From the NCBI GenBank assembly GCA_965218585.1, contig CBDCLE010000002.1, positions 480,001-544,000 of the forward strand: a stretch of DNA of 64,000 bases. The letters run 5' to 3'. The stretch is from Terriglobia bacterium (GTDB taxonomy: Bacteria > Acidobacteriota > Terriglobia > 20CM-2-55-15). Shown one piece after another: positions 1 to 9,668 of this stretch. The notes beneath the pieces are model-generated. The model saw nothing but the letters and a program-made list of their open reading frames with translations, was not told the DNA's origin and ran no database searches. The first letter of the stretch is position 1, and the number at the start of each line of letters is the position of its first letter. The translations under genes were made by a program, and so were the position numbers.

Positions 1-282
1 GCGCTGCTCGCCGTCGTAGTAGCTTTCATGATGGCCGACATAGACCCAGTTCCCATTGGCTTCGTCCGACTTGGTCGTGACGACCAGCGTCTCACGTCCC
101 TGGAGGTCGTTGTAGCCAACGAGTCGCACGTTCTCCGCTTCTACGCCCGCAGGCACTTCAGAACCGACGCCGTCTTCCGAAGCAGGCCCTTCGGCCGAAC
201 ACGCCGTAACGAACAACAGAAGCGCTAGGGCGGGCAATATCTTTAGGATTCGGGTCCCTCGAGAGCGTTCTGGATCAATCAT
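1..282 (-). CDS. Partial (5' part) lipoprotein, probably LVIVD-repeat family
   Basis: Not in the ORF track. Manual translation from ATG at 282 (GGAGG RBS): MIDPERSRGTRILKILPALALLLFVTAC...ENVRLVGYNDLQGRE...WVYVGHHESYY. Lipobox plus the NxRLVGYNDLQGR...YVGHH motif; runs off the window edge. Confidence 0.7.
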   Translation of the reverse strand, partial: MIDPERSRGTRILKILPALALLLFVTACSAEGPASEDGVGSEVPAGVEAENVRLVGYNDLQGRETLVVTTKSDEANGNWVYVGHHESYYDGEQR

Positions 283-490
283 GTCGGTGCCTCCGTCAGT
301 CTCGAAAACTGGCCAAATGTTACGAGGCGATCCCATAGCAGTCAAGGAGTCAAAAGGCGAGCGGCTTTCCTTTGACCACCCGACCTGTTCTCTGTATCAT
401 CTGGCGCAAGATTTGGGAACATAACGCCACCATCATTCCCGAAAACTGGGGAATGTCCTCATGTTTTCGGTTAACCGGGAGTACATACGC

Positions 491-1267
491 ATGGGACGAG
501 TGATTGTTTTCGTTTACGGATTTGTTTCCTACCTCGTGTTCTTTGGAACCTTCCTTTACGCGATCGGTTTCATCGGAAACTGGGTCGTTCCCAAGACGAT
601 GGACTCCGGAGCACAGGGTCCGTTCGCTACAGCGCTGGTCATTAATGCGTTGCTGTTGGGCGTTTTCGCTGTGCAACACAGTTTGATGGCACGCCAATCG
701 TTCAAACGTGCGCTCACGAAGGTCATACCGGAACCCGCCGAGCGGAGCACTTATGTCCTCCTGTCCAGTCTGGCATTGATTCTCCTCTTCTGGCAGTGGC
801 GCCCGATGGGTGGGGTTCTCTGGGATGTACAGGATTCGACCTTGCGGATAATCCTGTCAGCGGTCTATCTGTCGGGGATTGGAATCGTTCTGATTTCGAC
901 GTTTCTGATCAACCATTTTGATCTGTTCGGGCTCCGTCAGGTGTGGATCCATTTGAAAGGACAGCCGTACGAGTCGCTCCCGTTCCGGACGCCGGGACCG
1001 TACAAGCATATCCGCCATCCGCTTTACGTTGGATGGCTGATCGCCTTCTGGGTGACACCGACGATGACTGGAGCTCACTTGTTGTTCGCCGTTGCAACGA
1101 CGGCGTACATCCTTATTGCTATACAGTTCGAAGAGAAGGATCTGGTCGCATACCACGGAAGCCATTACGAGAACTACAAGCGCACGGTGCCTATGATCAT
1201 TCCCAGCCTCAAGCCGAAGTATCGTGGTGAGATCGATGGCGGTGCCGGGACCGAGACGACGGGTTGA
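491..1267 (+). CDS. mddA: Methanethiol S-methyltransferase MddA-like (ICMT/NnrU membrane methyltransferase family)
   Basis: Motifs QHSLMAR..FK, ERSTYVL, WQWRP, STFLINHFDLFGLRQ, RHPLY, EEKDL and multiple TM helices. ATG 491 preferred to 461 because of a GGGAG RBS. Confidence 0.8.
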   Translation: MGRVIVFVYGFVSYLVFFGTFLYAIGFIGNWVVPKTMDSGAQGPFATALVINALLLGVFAVQHSLMARQSFKRALTKVIPEPAERSTYVLLSSLALILLFWQWRPMGGVLWDVQDSTLRIILSAVYLSGIGIVLISTFLINHFDLFGLRQVWIHLKGQPYESLPFRTPGPYKHIRHPLYVGWLIAFWVTPTMTGAHLLFAVATTAYILIAIQFEEKDLVAYHGSHYENYKRTVPMIIPSLKPKYRGEIDGGAGTETTG

Positions 1268-1318
1268 TCTTTTTCGGCCGTCACCTGTCGTTTTTCTAAG
1301 AACCGGTTCGGTTGAGGA

Positions 1319-1396
1319 CTGCAGGTGCGTTTTACGGGCGCGCCTGCAGGGCAGCCGTCCTTTGTGTCTTTGTGCGGTCATAGACCGCACCTACAG
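1319..1396. repeat. REP-like palindromes (GTAG-type) between convergent genes
   Basis: GTGCGGTCATAGACCGCACCTACAG at 1372-1396 (reverse GTAG-GTGCGGTC-TAT-GACCGCAC) plus a degenerate palindrome at 1319-1349. The same unit recurs near 14570 and 51222. Confidence 0.7.
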
Positions 1397-1407
1397 AAGT
1401 CCTTCTC

Positions 1408-2589
1408 TCAGGAAGTGCGGATGAGCGAGTACCGCGCGTCCGCGGCCAGACACGCGGCTTCGGGCAGACCGATTTCCTTGCGCACGACGTTCGTTCCCAG
1501 TACAAGCGACACCATCTTGTAGGCCGCGTGCCTGCGGCTCATTCCTTCGCGACCCATACCGCAGTCAGAGCAGACTATGAGACGCTCCGCGGGAATATGT
1601 TTGAGCGAGAGGCGGATGAGCTCGGCCACCTCGTCGGCTGATTCGATCTGCAGCGTGTGGTGGTCGATCACGCCGATACCCACCTTCTTTTCGGTGATCT
1701 CCTGACCGATGGCCTCCAGATCGATCGCGCCGGAACTCTTCGTTTCGAACGTGATGACGTCGGCGTCCACCCGGTTCAGGATTTCAAGGGCAGGCTTGTA
1801 AGACTGCACTTCGGCAAACATCCGTTGCTGAGATGGATTTCCCCAACATGTGTGGCACCAAACTTCGGTCTTCTCGCGTAATCCCTTCACAGTATTGTTG
1901 AAGACCTTGAGCATGAACTCGGGATTGATCACGTCATCGACGATGCCGCGCGCAGCCAGCAGGTGAATCTGAGGCTCTTCCATCTGGATGACCGGACAAC
2001 CCGCATCAGCCAGATCATGCAACTCTTCGTTAAACGCGTCGCTGATAGCCATGATGCGGGAGGGCAAGTCCTTGTAGTGCCCGTCCTGAACGGCAAAGGC
2101 AACCAGTTCAGGGGTTACTGTCCCGAACTTGATCGGCCGCGTTGTCAGACGCTGAGCTGTTTTCCATATTTCGGTGTATTGCATCTCGCCGCGTGCCACA
2201 GGACCCACGATCTTGGGCATGACGCGCGCTTCAAGGTAGTCGTGGAGAATATGACCACGGGGGAAAGCTATACCTCCGGCACCGGCCCGAGCCAATTCAG
2301 GCCGCGTCGCTTCGAAGCCTGTCATGTGGTGAGGCGGATAACTCGTCCAGCTCTGACCACCTACGTCCTGATCGAATCGGCAGTCTCCATCGGTACAGAT
2401 GTCCAGGCCTGCGATTTCCTGGTCCCGCAGATAAACCGCGAGCGCATCGACGTACTGCTCCCGAAACTTGGAGCTCACCATGGCATCCAGAAACGACCGG
2501 GTTCCCAGGTTCTCAGTCTGCCAGCTCGGTCGGGGCAGGGAGCCAATGACTGTCGTGGGTAGTGTTTTGCCGGCTGTTGCGTTCAACAT
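1408..2589 (-). CDS. Cobalamin-independent methionine synthase II family protein (single-barrel MetE/CIMS-like Zn enzyme)
   Basis: TTVIGSLPRP, QEIAGLDICTDGD, IQMEEP, Zn ligands in HTCWGN, TFE and SDCGM, GVID motif. Confidence 0.85.
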   Translation of the reverse strand: MLNATAGKTLPTTVIGSLPRPSWQTENLGTRSFLDAMVSSKFREQYVDALAVYLRDQEIAGLDICTDGDCRFDQDVGGQSWTSYPPHHMTGFEATRPELARAGAGGIAFPRGHILHDYLEARVMPKIVGPVARGEMQYTEIWKTAQRLTTRPIKFGTVTPELVAFAVQDGHYKDLPSRIMAISDAFNEELHDLADAGCPVIQMEEPQIHLLAARGIVDDVINPEFMLKVFNNTVKGLREKTEVWCHTCWGNPSQQRMFAEVQSYKPALEILNRVDADVITFETKSSGAIDLEAIGQEITEKKVGIGVIDHHTLQIESADEVAELIRLSLKHIPAERLIVCSDCGMGREGMSRRHAAYKMVSLVLGTNVVRKEIGLPEAACLAADARYSLIRTS

Positions 2590-2772
2590 GAAGCGTCTCC
2601 TGACTTATTCATATAACCCCGTCTTCTGGATCAGTGGGTGGTTCGGCTCTTTCCCAACAGGCATCGCAGTCAGGAAGACTGCGATGGTCGCCCCTCTTCG
2701 ACATAAGAAGCCCAGACAGGATGTCTGAATGAACGAGGGAGCGAAATCTTCTCGTGGTGTCTTTCGATTCTG

Positions 2773-3807
2773 TCACTCGCGGACCTTTTCCATGTTCCCT
2801 GAAACTGACGAGCGCACAATCGCTTCGGTGACGGCCGCACCGTGAATCATCTGATCCAGAGGAATTGGAAATTCCGATCCGTTACTTGCCGCATTCGCAA
2901 ACGATTCCAGGGCCGCGCGGGTGACGTCGAGTGTTTCGGCCTCCCATACCTCTGCCTTGCCTTTGGCGGGCTGGAACCTGCACGTCCCGAACAGCCGCGT
3001 GCGCCGTTCTTCCGATGACGCGCCTCTCACGTGCGTCATGCCTTCCAGGCGGACCCATCCCTTCGAGCCAAACACCTGGAAACTGAATCCCGGACCGGTG
3101 GCCGTCAAGGTTCCCAGGTAGCCCGACATACCTTCTTTCATGCGGAACAGAATCGACGTTGTGTCGTCATTGTCTATCTCAACGACCCGGCGAAGGCTCT
3201 GGCAAAAGACGCTGTCGATGGGACCGCAGAGATCGATCATGCTGTCGACGGCGTGGACTCCCATCGGCGTGAGCCCACCGCAAGGTGTTTCGTTCCGTTG
3301 TGCACGCCATTGCTCCGGGCTTAGCATCAGCGCGTTGGGAAACGTCATCGTGGCCTCGACGTGCATGATCGTTCCCAGTTCTCCGCTCCGGATCCGGTCC
3401 CTCAGCTTGTTCATCTCGGGATGGAAACGACGGTTGTATCCAAGGCCCAACGTGACACCCGCCTTCTTGGTTGCAGAAACAGCGGATTCGGCCGCGGCGC
3501 CCGAAAGTGCGAGCGGTTTCTCGCAGAAAACATGTTTTCCGGCTTCGGCGGCCACGATCACCTGGGGAGCGTGAACCGAGTGAGGGGTTGCCAGCACAAT
3601 GGCATCTACTTTCGGGTTCGCGATCAGCGCATCCAGATTCTCAGAAAGTTCCAACCCCTGATCCTTTGCGAACGTCTCGACTTCGGGAGACACGGTGCGT
3701 GTTGCGCCCGCGATGAACCGGATCACGTCGCTCGTTCCCTGGACCGATTCCACAATTGTTTTACCCCACCATCCAAGTCCTACGATGGCCGCGTTGATCA
3801 TTCCCAC
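2773..3807 (-). CDS. Gfo/Idh/MocA family oxidoreductase
   Basis: IVGLGWWG Rossmann motif, ATPHSVH, GKHVFCEKP, GYNRRF. Confidence 0.9.
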   Translation of the reverse strand: MGMINAAIVGLGWWGKTIVESVQGTSDVIRFIAGATRTVSPEVETFAKDQGLELSENLDALIANPKVDAIVLATPHSVHAPQVIVAAEAGKHVFCEKPLALSGAAAESAVSATKKAGVTLGLGYNRRFHPEMNKLRDRIRSGELGTIMHVEATMTFPNALMLSPEQWRAQRNETPCGGLTPMGVHAVDSMIDLCGPIDSVFCQSLRRVVEIDNDDTTSILFRMKEGMSGYLGTLTATGPGFSFQVFGSKGWVRLEGMTHVRGASSEERRTRLFGTCRFQPAKGKAEVWEAETLDVTRAALESFANAASNGSEFPIPLDQMIHGAAVTEAIVRSSVSGNMEKVRE

Positions 3808-3839
3808 TCTTCTCCTGATCTCTTAGTTGGGACCCGCTC

Positions 3840-5036
3840 CTACTCGAGCTGCCCGCGCACCCATTCCAGCTCCCGGCAGACATAGTCGACAATGTCTCCC
3901 GTCTTTAGATGGTCGGGCAGCACGTCCCACGTATAGGTTTCGATCTCGAGTTGACGCGACAACGGGTTCTTCTTGTGGAATGCGAGAGCGTCCTCGATGG
4001 CAAAGCGGGTCGTACGGAACGCACCGAGATCGTCCAGAAAGACCGGCACGTGGATGTGCGTGCGCCATTCCCTTGGCCCGGGATCCGTTTTCCAGGCGGC
4101 GAAGGCGTCTTCCAGGTTGAGAAACCGGTTAAAGCGTCCATCCTTCTTTTCGATCGTCTGGGTGAGATAAATTGTCTCTGCATACCGTGCGAGTTCATCG
4201 ACGATCTCCTCGGTCACCTCGGGAACGTATACCGCTGCCGCCTCCTGTAACTTGAAAATCGGAATGCCGGCGTCCACCAGCTTCTGCAAGGACACGGAAA
4301 TGTCTTCGTACTCGACCGCCTGATGGCAGATGTCGAAGACCACACCGAGATGGTTACGCAGGGCGACGTGTGCTTCCGATATCGGAATGCCTGCAAGTCT
4401 TGCGACTGTTGCTGCCGCCGCGCCCGAGTAGAGATGATTGGTGAAGTAATCGACGGCCTCGTCCGTCGTTTCCAGAAAGCAAAAAGGCTCTGGTTCGAGC
4501 GCAAGCCCGACCCTCCGCCCGGTCCGTGCCTCCAGTTCTACAAGGTGCGCGGCCACACGGAGCACGTGCTCGGTAAAGCTGGAAACAACGTCCGGGCCCG
4601 TCACCCGGGGCTTGAAGCCGAGCGGCGCGCTCTGAATCGATGGTGCCGTCCCAACTGGCGCGACATCTCCAAGAACTTCGGCGACATTGATCGTGTACTG
4701 AGTGCGCTCCTCAGAACGCCAGTCCGGTTCGTAGACGCGTTCCTTCACGATGCCCCCCTTGAAGGGTCCATAGGGGAAGGCGTTCACCGTGTAGAGGTAC
4801 ATGTCGTTGTCGTCGAGGAATTTCTTGAGATCGTTGCGCGCGGATTGATCCCGAACCAGGGTTTCGGCCGATGAGGCGGAAAGCCTCAGGGAAATTCCGA
4901 AAGTGTCATTGGGAGCAAACCGCGCTTTTACTTGTGGGCCATACTCGACAAGGCTCGCCCACATCTCATCCCAGGTATCGCCGGGATGGACGAGAGTCGA
5001 GTAGGTCAGAAGGCCGAGGCCGTTACCCAGGTCCAT
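3840..5036 (-). CDS. eboE: EboE-like TIM-barrel protein (xylose isomerase-like, metabolite traffic protein family)
   Basis: LTYSTLVHPG, NAFPYG, VKERVYEPDW, LALEPEP, DICHQAVEYE, WRTHIHVP, LEIETYTWDVLP. Start set at MDLGNG (5036) to avoid overlap with the upstream gene. Confidence 0.8.
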   Translation of the reverse strand: MDLGNGLGLLTYSTLVHPGDTWDEMWASLVEYGPQVKARFAPNDTFGISLRLSASSAETLVRDQSARNDLKKFLDDNDMYLYTVNAFPYGPFKGGIVKERVYEPDWRSEERTQYTINVAEVLGDVAPVGTAPSIQSAPLGFKPRVTGPDVVSSFTEHVLRVAAHLVELEARTGRRVGLALEPEPFCFLETTDEAVDYFTNHLYSGAAAATVARLAGIPISEAHVALRNHLGVVFDICHQAVEYEDISVSLQKLVDAGIPIFKLQEAAAVYVPEVTEEIVDELARYAETIYLTQTIEKKDGRFNRFLNLEDAFAAWKTDPGPREWRTHIHVPVFLDDLGAFRTTRFAIEDALAFHKKNPLSRQLEIETYTWDVLPDHLKTGDIVDYVCRELEWVRGQLE

Positions 5037-5053
5037 TGATCTTTCGGACCCCT

Positions 5054-5935
5054 TCAGTCCAGGCCGCAGGCGCGTGCCTGTTCGAGGGCGAGCACGGCCC
5101 AATCTCTATCGCCATCGCCATGAGCCACGGCACTCAGTATCCGGTCGCGATAGACATTGACGCTCGGCAGGGGAACGCGTGCGACGTCGGCCGCTTCCAT
5201 GACCAGGTTCACGTCCTTCAGGCCCAATATCGTCGGGAAACCTGGCGCGTCCCAGGATTCATCGACCATGATCTTTCCGTAGACCTGGTAAGCGGGCGCT
5301 GCAAACAGACCTCCCGTCATTACATTGAACATGACCTCGGGTTTGACGTCGTACTTTCTTACCAGCGAGAACGCTTCGGCCATCGCTTCGATAGCGCAGC
5401 CCAATACGAAATTGTTGGTCAGTTTGATCGCGTTGGCAGCCTCGGGTCTCAAGCCGGCATCGAACGTGCCTTTGCCCATCGCATCGAACAGCGGTTTGCA
5501 TTTCGCGACGGCTTCAGCGGGTCCGGCGGGAACGATTCCGAGCTGGCCTGTTGCCGCAAGGTCGGGGCGTCCCAGAACGGGTGCAGCCACCAGGATTTGA
5601 TCCGATTCCTTATGGGCTTCGTCGAGAGCATGGACGACTTTGACACCGTGGGTACCCATCACGACATGAATCGAGCCAGCTGCCAAAGAGTCGCGTATGC
5701 CTCCGGTTTCGAGTGTCACTTTTTCGAGAATCGCATCTTCGGTGAGCATCGTGATGACGACTTCGCTCCCTGCACAGGCCTCCGAGACCGACGACGCCAC
5801 CTGTGCACCTGCTTTTGCCAGGTCTGCCGTTGCTTCGGGTATGACGTCATAAACCTTGAGCTCATGACCCGCGCCCAGGATCTGGCCCGACATTCCGCTG
5901 CCCATGCGACCCAGGCCAAAAAAACCGACTTTCAT
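5054..5935 (-). CDS. NAD(P)-dependent oxidoreductase, 3-hydroxyisobutyrate/6-phosphogluconate dehydrogenase family
   Basis: GFFGLGRMG, APVLG, KLTNN catalytic Lys, KD motif. Confidence 0.9.
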   Translation of the reverse strand: MKVGFFGLGRMGSGMSGQILGAGHELKVYDVIPEATADLAKAGAQVASSVSEACAGSEVVITMLTEDAILEKVTLETGGIRDSLAAGSIHVVMGTHGVKVVHALDEAHKESDQILVAAPVLGRPDLAATGQLGIVPAGPAEAVAKCKPLFDAMGKGTFDAGLRPEAANAIKLTNNFVLGCAIEAMAEAFSLVRKYDVKPEVMFNVMTGGLFAAPAYQVYGKIMVDESWDAPGFPTILGLKDVNLVMEAADVARVPLPSVNVYRDRILSAVAHGDGDRDWAVLALEQARACGLD

Positions 5936-5964
5936 AATGCTTACCTCCAGAAAATATTAAATCG

Positions 5965-6369
5965 TCAGTCTCTCCCGGGCGTACCCCAGTTGAGCACCAT
6001 CCCGTCTTCTTTAATAACCTCGCTCCAGATGCCTGCGGGTCTCCCGTCCCTCATCGGCCGCGCGGTGATCGTAATCCGGTCGCCGGCCTGGAGGTCGTTC
6101 TTGAACACTCCGCCGCGAACCAGGATGCTCGGTCCTTCAGCCTCGAATCCCCAGGTCTGGGTCGAACCGTCCTCGTCAGTGACATCCACAATTAGCCAGG
6201 AATGGGGGTTAACATACTGAAATTCCTTAACCACGCCCTCGACGGTGATCGTCTTCTCACGTTCGAACATTTCGCCGGAGTGGTGCGCTGCGCCGGATCC
6301 TGCGTGGAACAGTAGAACCGCCGCTACGAATGAGGCAATGGACATTACTCTGAAATGTGACGCTCTCAC
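5965..6369 (-). CDS. DUF6152 family secreted protein
   Basis: Signal peptide followed by AHHS, G.V.EF..VNPH, W..E, GD.IT. Confidence 0.8.
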   Translation of the reverse strand: MRASHFRVMSIASFVAAVLLFHAGSGAAHHSGEMFEREKTITVEGVVKEFQYVNPHSWLIVDVTDEDGSTQTWGFEAEGPSILVRGGVFKNDLQAGDRITITARPMRDGRPAGIWSEVIKEDGMVLNWGTPGRD

Positions 6370-6373
6370 TTGG

Positions 6374-7306
6374 TTAGTCCTCCTCCTGTATGTCGTCTAC
6401 GTCCGTAAAATCGAAATCGGTATGATTGGAGCCTCCCCCTTGGGTCCGCGTAATAGCATTGTTTGGGTTGTCGCATTCCCAGAAATGGATCCGGAGCGGC
6501 ATGCCCTCGAAAGGTTGAACTTCCTTATCGTATATCTGTCGCGTGAACCACGGTTCTTCCAATGCTTCGGGGTCGTATAACCAAACGTCGGCCTGCATTG
6601 TTTCCTCGTTGATTTTCTCCCAGATCTCGACCCCCTCGATCTGATCACTGAAGTACGGTTGCATCCGCGACATCCAACCTTCCTTTACATGCCTCGTGTA
6701 TGTGATCAGGCGGTCGCCGTCCCAGATTCCAATGGTGTCTCCGTCCTCAGAGGGAAAAGCGATTTCTTCGGGTGTATGATCCCGGCCATCGGTGTAAATG
6801 CGTCGAACCTCATTCTGGGCCTCGTTCAGAATCCATGTCTGGTGGGTCATGATCGCGAACTCCCAGGGGCGTGGATTCCGGATGTTACCCGGATAGCCGC
6901 GGGGCACGCCACAGGCACTGGTCTCGTCATAGACACGTCCTTCCAGCGCATTGTCGACGCGTTCCTGCATCAGGCCTACGTATCGGCCCTTTAGTCTGGC
7001 GGTGGGGACAAAGCCCGGCCCCTGATCCGGATCGTACTGCGCGGCTGAGGCATCGCGTTCCCACAGGCCCGTCCAGTCGGGAATCTCTTCGAGCGTCAGT
7101 GTCCTGTCTTCGATACCCGCAGTGAGTGTTTCGTAAAGTTCCCCTGCTGTATCGAATTGTTTCCCAAAATCAATCAGTTCCTGTTTCTCTTCTGTCCAAT
7201 TTGGGCCAGCGGACCGGCCGGACTGTGCGTCGGCCGACATCGAACCGATCGTTGGGAGAATCAGGAGCAAGACAACGCTCCCGGCGGTCTTTCTCATGCC
7301 GTTCAT
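6374..7306 (-). CDS. Secreted hypothetical protein (two-Cys DUF6152-partner family)
   Basis: Signal peptide; PDWTGLW, C.VPRGYP, RRIYTDGRDH, GDTIGIWDGDRL, WEC. ATG 7306 has an AAGGAGG RBS. Confidence 0.75.
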   Translation of the reverse strand: MNGMRKTAGSVVLLLILPTIGSMSADAQSGRSAGPNWTEEKQELIDFGKQFDTAGELYETLTAGIEDRTLTLEEIPDWTGLWERDASAAQYDPDQGPGFVPTARLKGRYVGLMQERVDNALEGRVYDETSACGVPRGYPGNIRNPRPWEFAIMTHQTWILNEAQNEVRRIYTDGRDHTPEEIAFPSEDGDTIGIWDGDRLITYTRHVKEGWMSRMQPYFSDQIEGVEIWEKINEETMQADVWLYDPEALEEPWFTRQIYDKEVQPFEGMPLRIHFWECDNPNNAITRTQGGGSNHTDFDFTDVDDIQEED

Positions 7307-7467
7307 GCTCTCCTCCTTTCGAACATCGTTCACAAGCGTGACGAGGACTATAGCATGCGTTTCAGACCTTTCGAGATATAATGGCCGCCGCGTTTATCCT
7401 TACTTAATTAAGACAAGCGGAAGCAGAAACGTTCGGAGAAGGTGTGCGGTTTTTGGAAGGAGTGATC

Positions 7468-9456
7468 ATGAAAAAACGATCTTATTTGTGTGTATTGGCG
7501 GTGCTGGCTCTGACGTTCGGATGCTCTGGCCCCACAGTCGATTCAGCTACGGACGGAGAGGATCAGGCGGCTCTGGAGCGGATCGTTTTCTCGTCGTTGC
7601 GGCCCAGTAACTGGGATATTTTTCACTTCGAAAGCCCCGGAGCGGAGCCCAGGCGGCTTACCGATCATCCTGGTCTCGACTACGATGCAGAGTTTTCTCC
7701 CGACGGCCGCTGGGTGATCTTCACATCCGAAAGACGCGGCAATCCCGATCTCTTTGTGATCGATCTCGCCGAAGGCGGCGAGCCGCGGCTGTTGATAGAC
7801 AGTCCGATGATGGAAGACCAGGCGACCATCTCTCCGGACGGGCTGACCATAGCCTTTGTCAGTACACGTGACGGGAATTCCGACATCTTCTCAATGCCGT
7901 TCGATCCGGACACGACGCAACGAATGGACGCTGCGGAAAACCTCACCGAGAATCCGCGTGGCGATTTCCGACCCGCCTTCTCACCCAACGGCGAGCGTAT
8001 CGCATTCTCTTCGGACCGCGACATTCCTGCATACGGACACCCCGTCTTCGGCTTTACCCGTCAGCGGGACGGTCAGGTCTACGTGATGGACGCCGACGGG
8101 GAAAACCAGCAGCGGCTGACTGAAGAGGGCAACTGGAACGGTTCGCCCGAGTGGTCCCCCGACGGTGAGATGATCTATTTCTATTCCGACAGCCCGCGCG
8201 AGGTGGAAGGTCCCCCGACCAGCCCGATACTTGGACAGGAGGGTGGATTCCGAATCTGGACGATCAACGCGGACGGATCGAACCCGCAAGCCCTCACGCC
8301 CGAGGGTGTCGAAGCCCTTGCGCCGGCCTTGACGCCGGATGGACGCCTTGCGTTCCAGACACGTAGTGGATACGCAGACTGGTCAATCCAGTCGGTCAAT
8401 CTCGACGGGTCGGATTCGCGTCTCGAGAGCGCCGAGGGCAACAACTACTGGATACCCGACTACGACGCCGAAAGCGGCGCCATGGTCAGCCATGGCGTCG
8501 GGCCTGTTTTCGGAACCAGTCAGGCGGTGGAGGACGTTCTGGGGGCCGGAGCCTTGCTGGCGGCGGACTATCCGGTCGACGTAGAGTTGGGAGACCGTTC
8601 AGTGACGGTTTATCCGATGCGTCACACTTCGGGCCTGGCCCCACATCCGTTTTCGAATGAAGTCTTGACAACTATCGAGAATCAAGCAGGAACCCGCCTC
8701 GTGACAGCCGATTTTGACGGAGCGAATCAACGGGAACTCCTCGAAGAAGCGGGAATCGGCATCATCGCGGAAGAGGGCCTGGGATTCCGTTTGTACGACA
8801 TGAAGTGGTCTGAGGACGGGGACTGGATTACGTATACGCGTGGCGTATTCGTCGGCAGCGCCACGGACTACTCAGACATCTGGATCTCGCGCAGGGATGG
8901 CAGCGACCGAGTTAATTTGACCAATACTGAAGCCAACGACGGTGTGGCGGCTTTTTCACCTGACGGTGAGCGAATGGTCTTTCGCAGTTCGCGAAACGGC
9001 AGTTTTGATTTGTATTTGATGAATACCGACGGCAGCAATCTCGTGCAACTGACCGATGATGCGGCAAGAAACAATTTTCCGGCCTTCTCGCCGGACGGGA
9101 ATTCGATCGTTTTTGCTTCAGACCGTGACAGCGAAGTAGATAGGTTCGGATACCGCACCTTTGACAATTACATCCTGGAACTCTTGCCCGACGGGAGTCC
9201 CGGAGAGATTCAACGTATTTCCTTTGATTCCGGCCAGGACGCCCATCCCGCGTATTCGCCCGATGGCGAGTGGATCATCTATGTTTCAGAACAGGCCGGC
9301 ATCACCGATGAAGAACCCCTTGTGCAAGAGGTGGTGTTCGGTCCTCAGATGTATGGGGAAATCTTTGCTTACAGGCTAGCCGATGGCCTGAGCGTACGCC
9401 TGACGCACAACAAGTGGGAAGAAGGCGTTCCGTTCTGGTTGCGCCCTGCCGAATAA
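7468..9456 (+). CDS. TolB-like PD40 beta-propeller lipoprotein
   Basis: Lipobox LTFGC and many F/WSPDG..I.F.S.R repeats. Confidence 0.85.
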   Translation: MKKRSYLCVLAVLALTFGCSGPTVDSATDGEDQAALERIVFSSLRPSNWDIFHFESPGAEPRRLTDHPGLDYDAEFSPDGRWVIFTSERRGNPDLFVIDLAEGGEPRLLIDSPMMEDQATISPDGLTIAFVSTRDGNSDIFSMPFDPDTTQRMDAAENLTENPRGDFRPAFSPNGERIAFSSDRDIPAYGHPVFGFTRQRDGQVYVMDADGENQQRLTEEGNWNGSPEWSPDGEMIYFYSDSPREVEGPPTSPILGQEGGFRIWTINADGSNPQALTPEGVEALAPALTPDGRLAFQTRSGYADWSIQSVNLDGSDSRLESAEGNNYWIPDYDAESGAMVSHGVGPVFGTSQAVEDVLGAGALLAADYPVDVELGDRSVTVYPMRHTSGLAPHPFSNEVLTTIENQAGTRLVTADFDGANQRELLEEAGIGIIAEEGLGFRLYDMKWSEDGDWITYTRGVFVGSATDYSDIWISRRDGSDRVNLTNTEANDGVAAFSPDGERMVFRSSRNGSFDLYLMNTDGSNLVQLTDDAARNNFPAFSPDGNSIVFASDRDSEVDRFGYRTFDNYILELLPDGSPGEIQRISFDSGQDAHPAYSPDGEWIIYVSEQAGITDEEPLVQEVVFGPQMYGEIFAYRLADGLSVRLTHNKWEEGVPFWLRPAE

Positions 9457-9460
9457 GAGA

Positions 9461-9653
9461 GGGACGGACACTTCAGAATTGGATTTGGCCCCGCGACTGG
9501 GATCGAATCCTGAAGCATCCCTCCGCTAGCATCCAGCTCGATTTTCATTTGAGAGATAGCTACTTCAAGGCCGATAGTACTTTCGGAATCACCTGGATCG
9601 CTCTTTTCGAAAAAGAAAGGAAAATCTTCCTGAGACCTCAATTCTGAAGTCCG
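9461..9653. repeat. Degenerate GGGAC-ended inverted-repeat element
   Basis: Left arm GGGACGGACACTTCAGAATTG pairs with right arm CAATTCTGAAGTCCG; the left arm resembles the element at 18418. Confidence 0.5.
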
Positions 9654-9668
9654 GCTTCGGGATCCACC

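Noticed and set aside
2590-2772. Possible cobalamin or SAM riboswitch upstream of the MetE-like gene (GGGAA, CCACTG and AGTCAGGAGAC fragments; 10-bp hairpin at 2662-2686)
   Set aside because: The fragments are out of order, the conserved core is missing, and AGGAG is explained as the RBS.
4871-6220. Long antisense ORFs (also 35404-36519, 18409-19314, 13631-14500 and others)
   Set aside because: Shadow frames of well-supported genes in GC-rich DNA, with no recognisable motifs.
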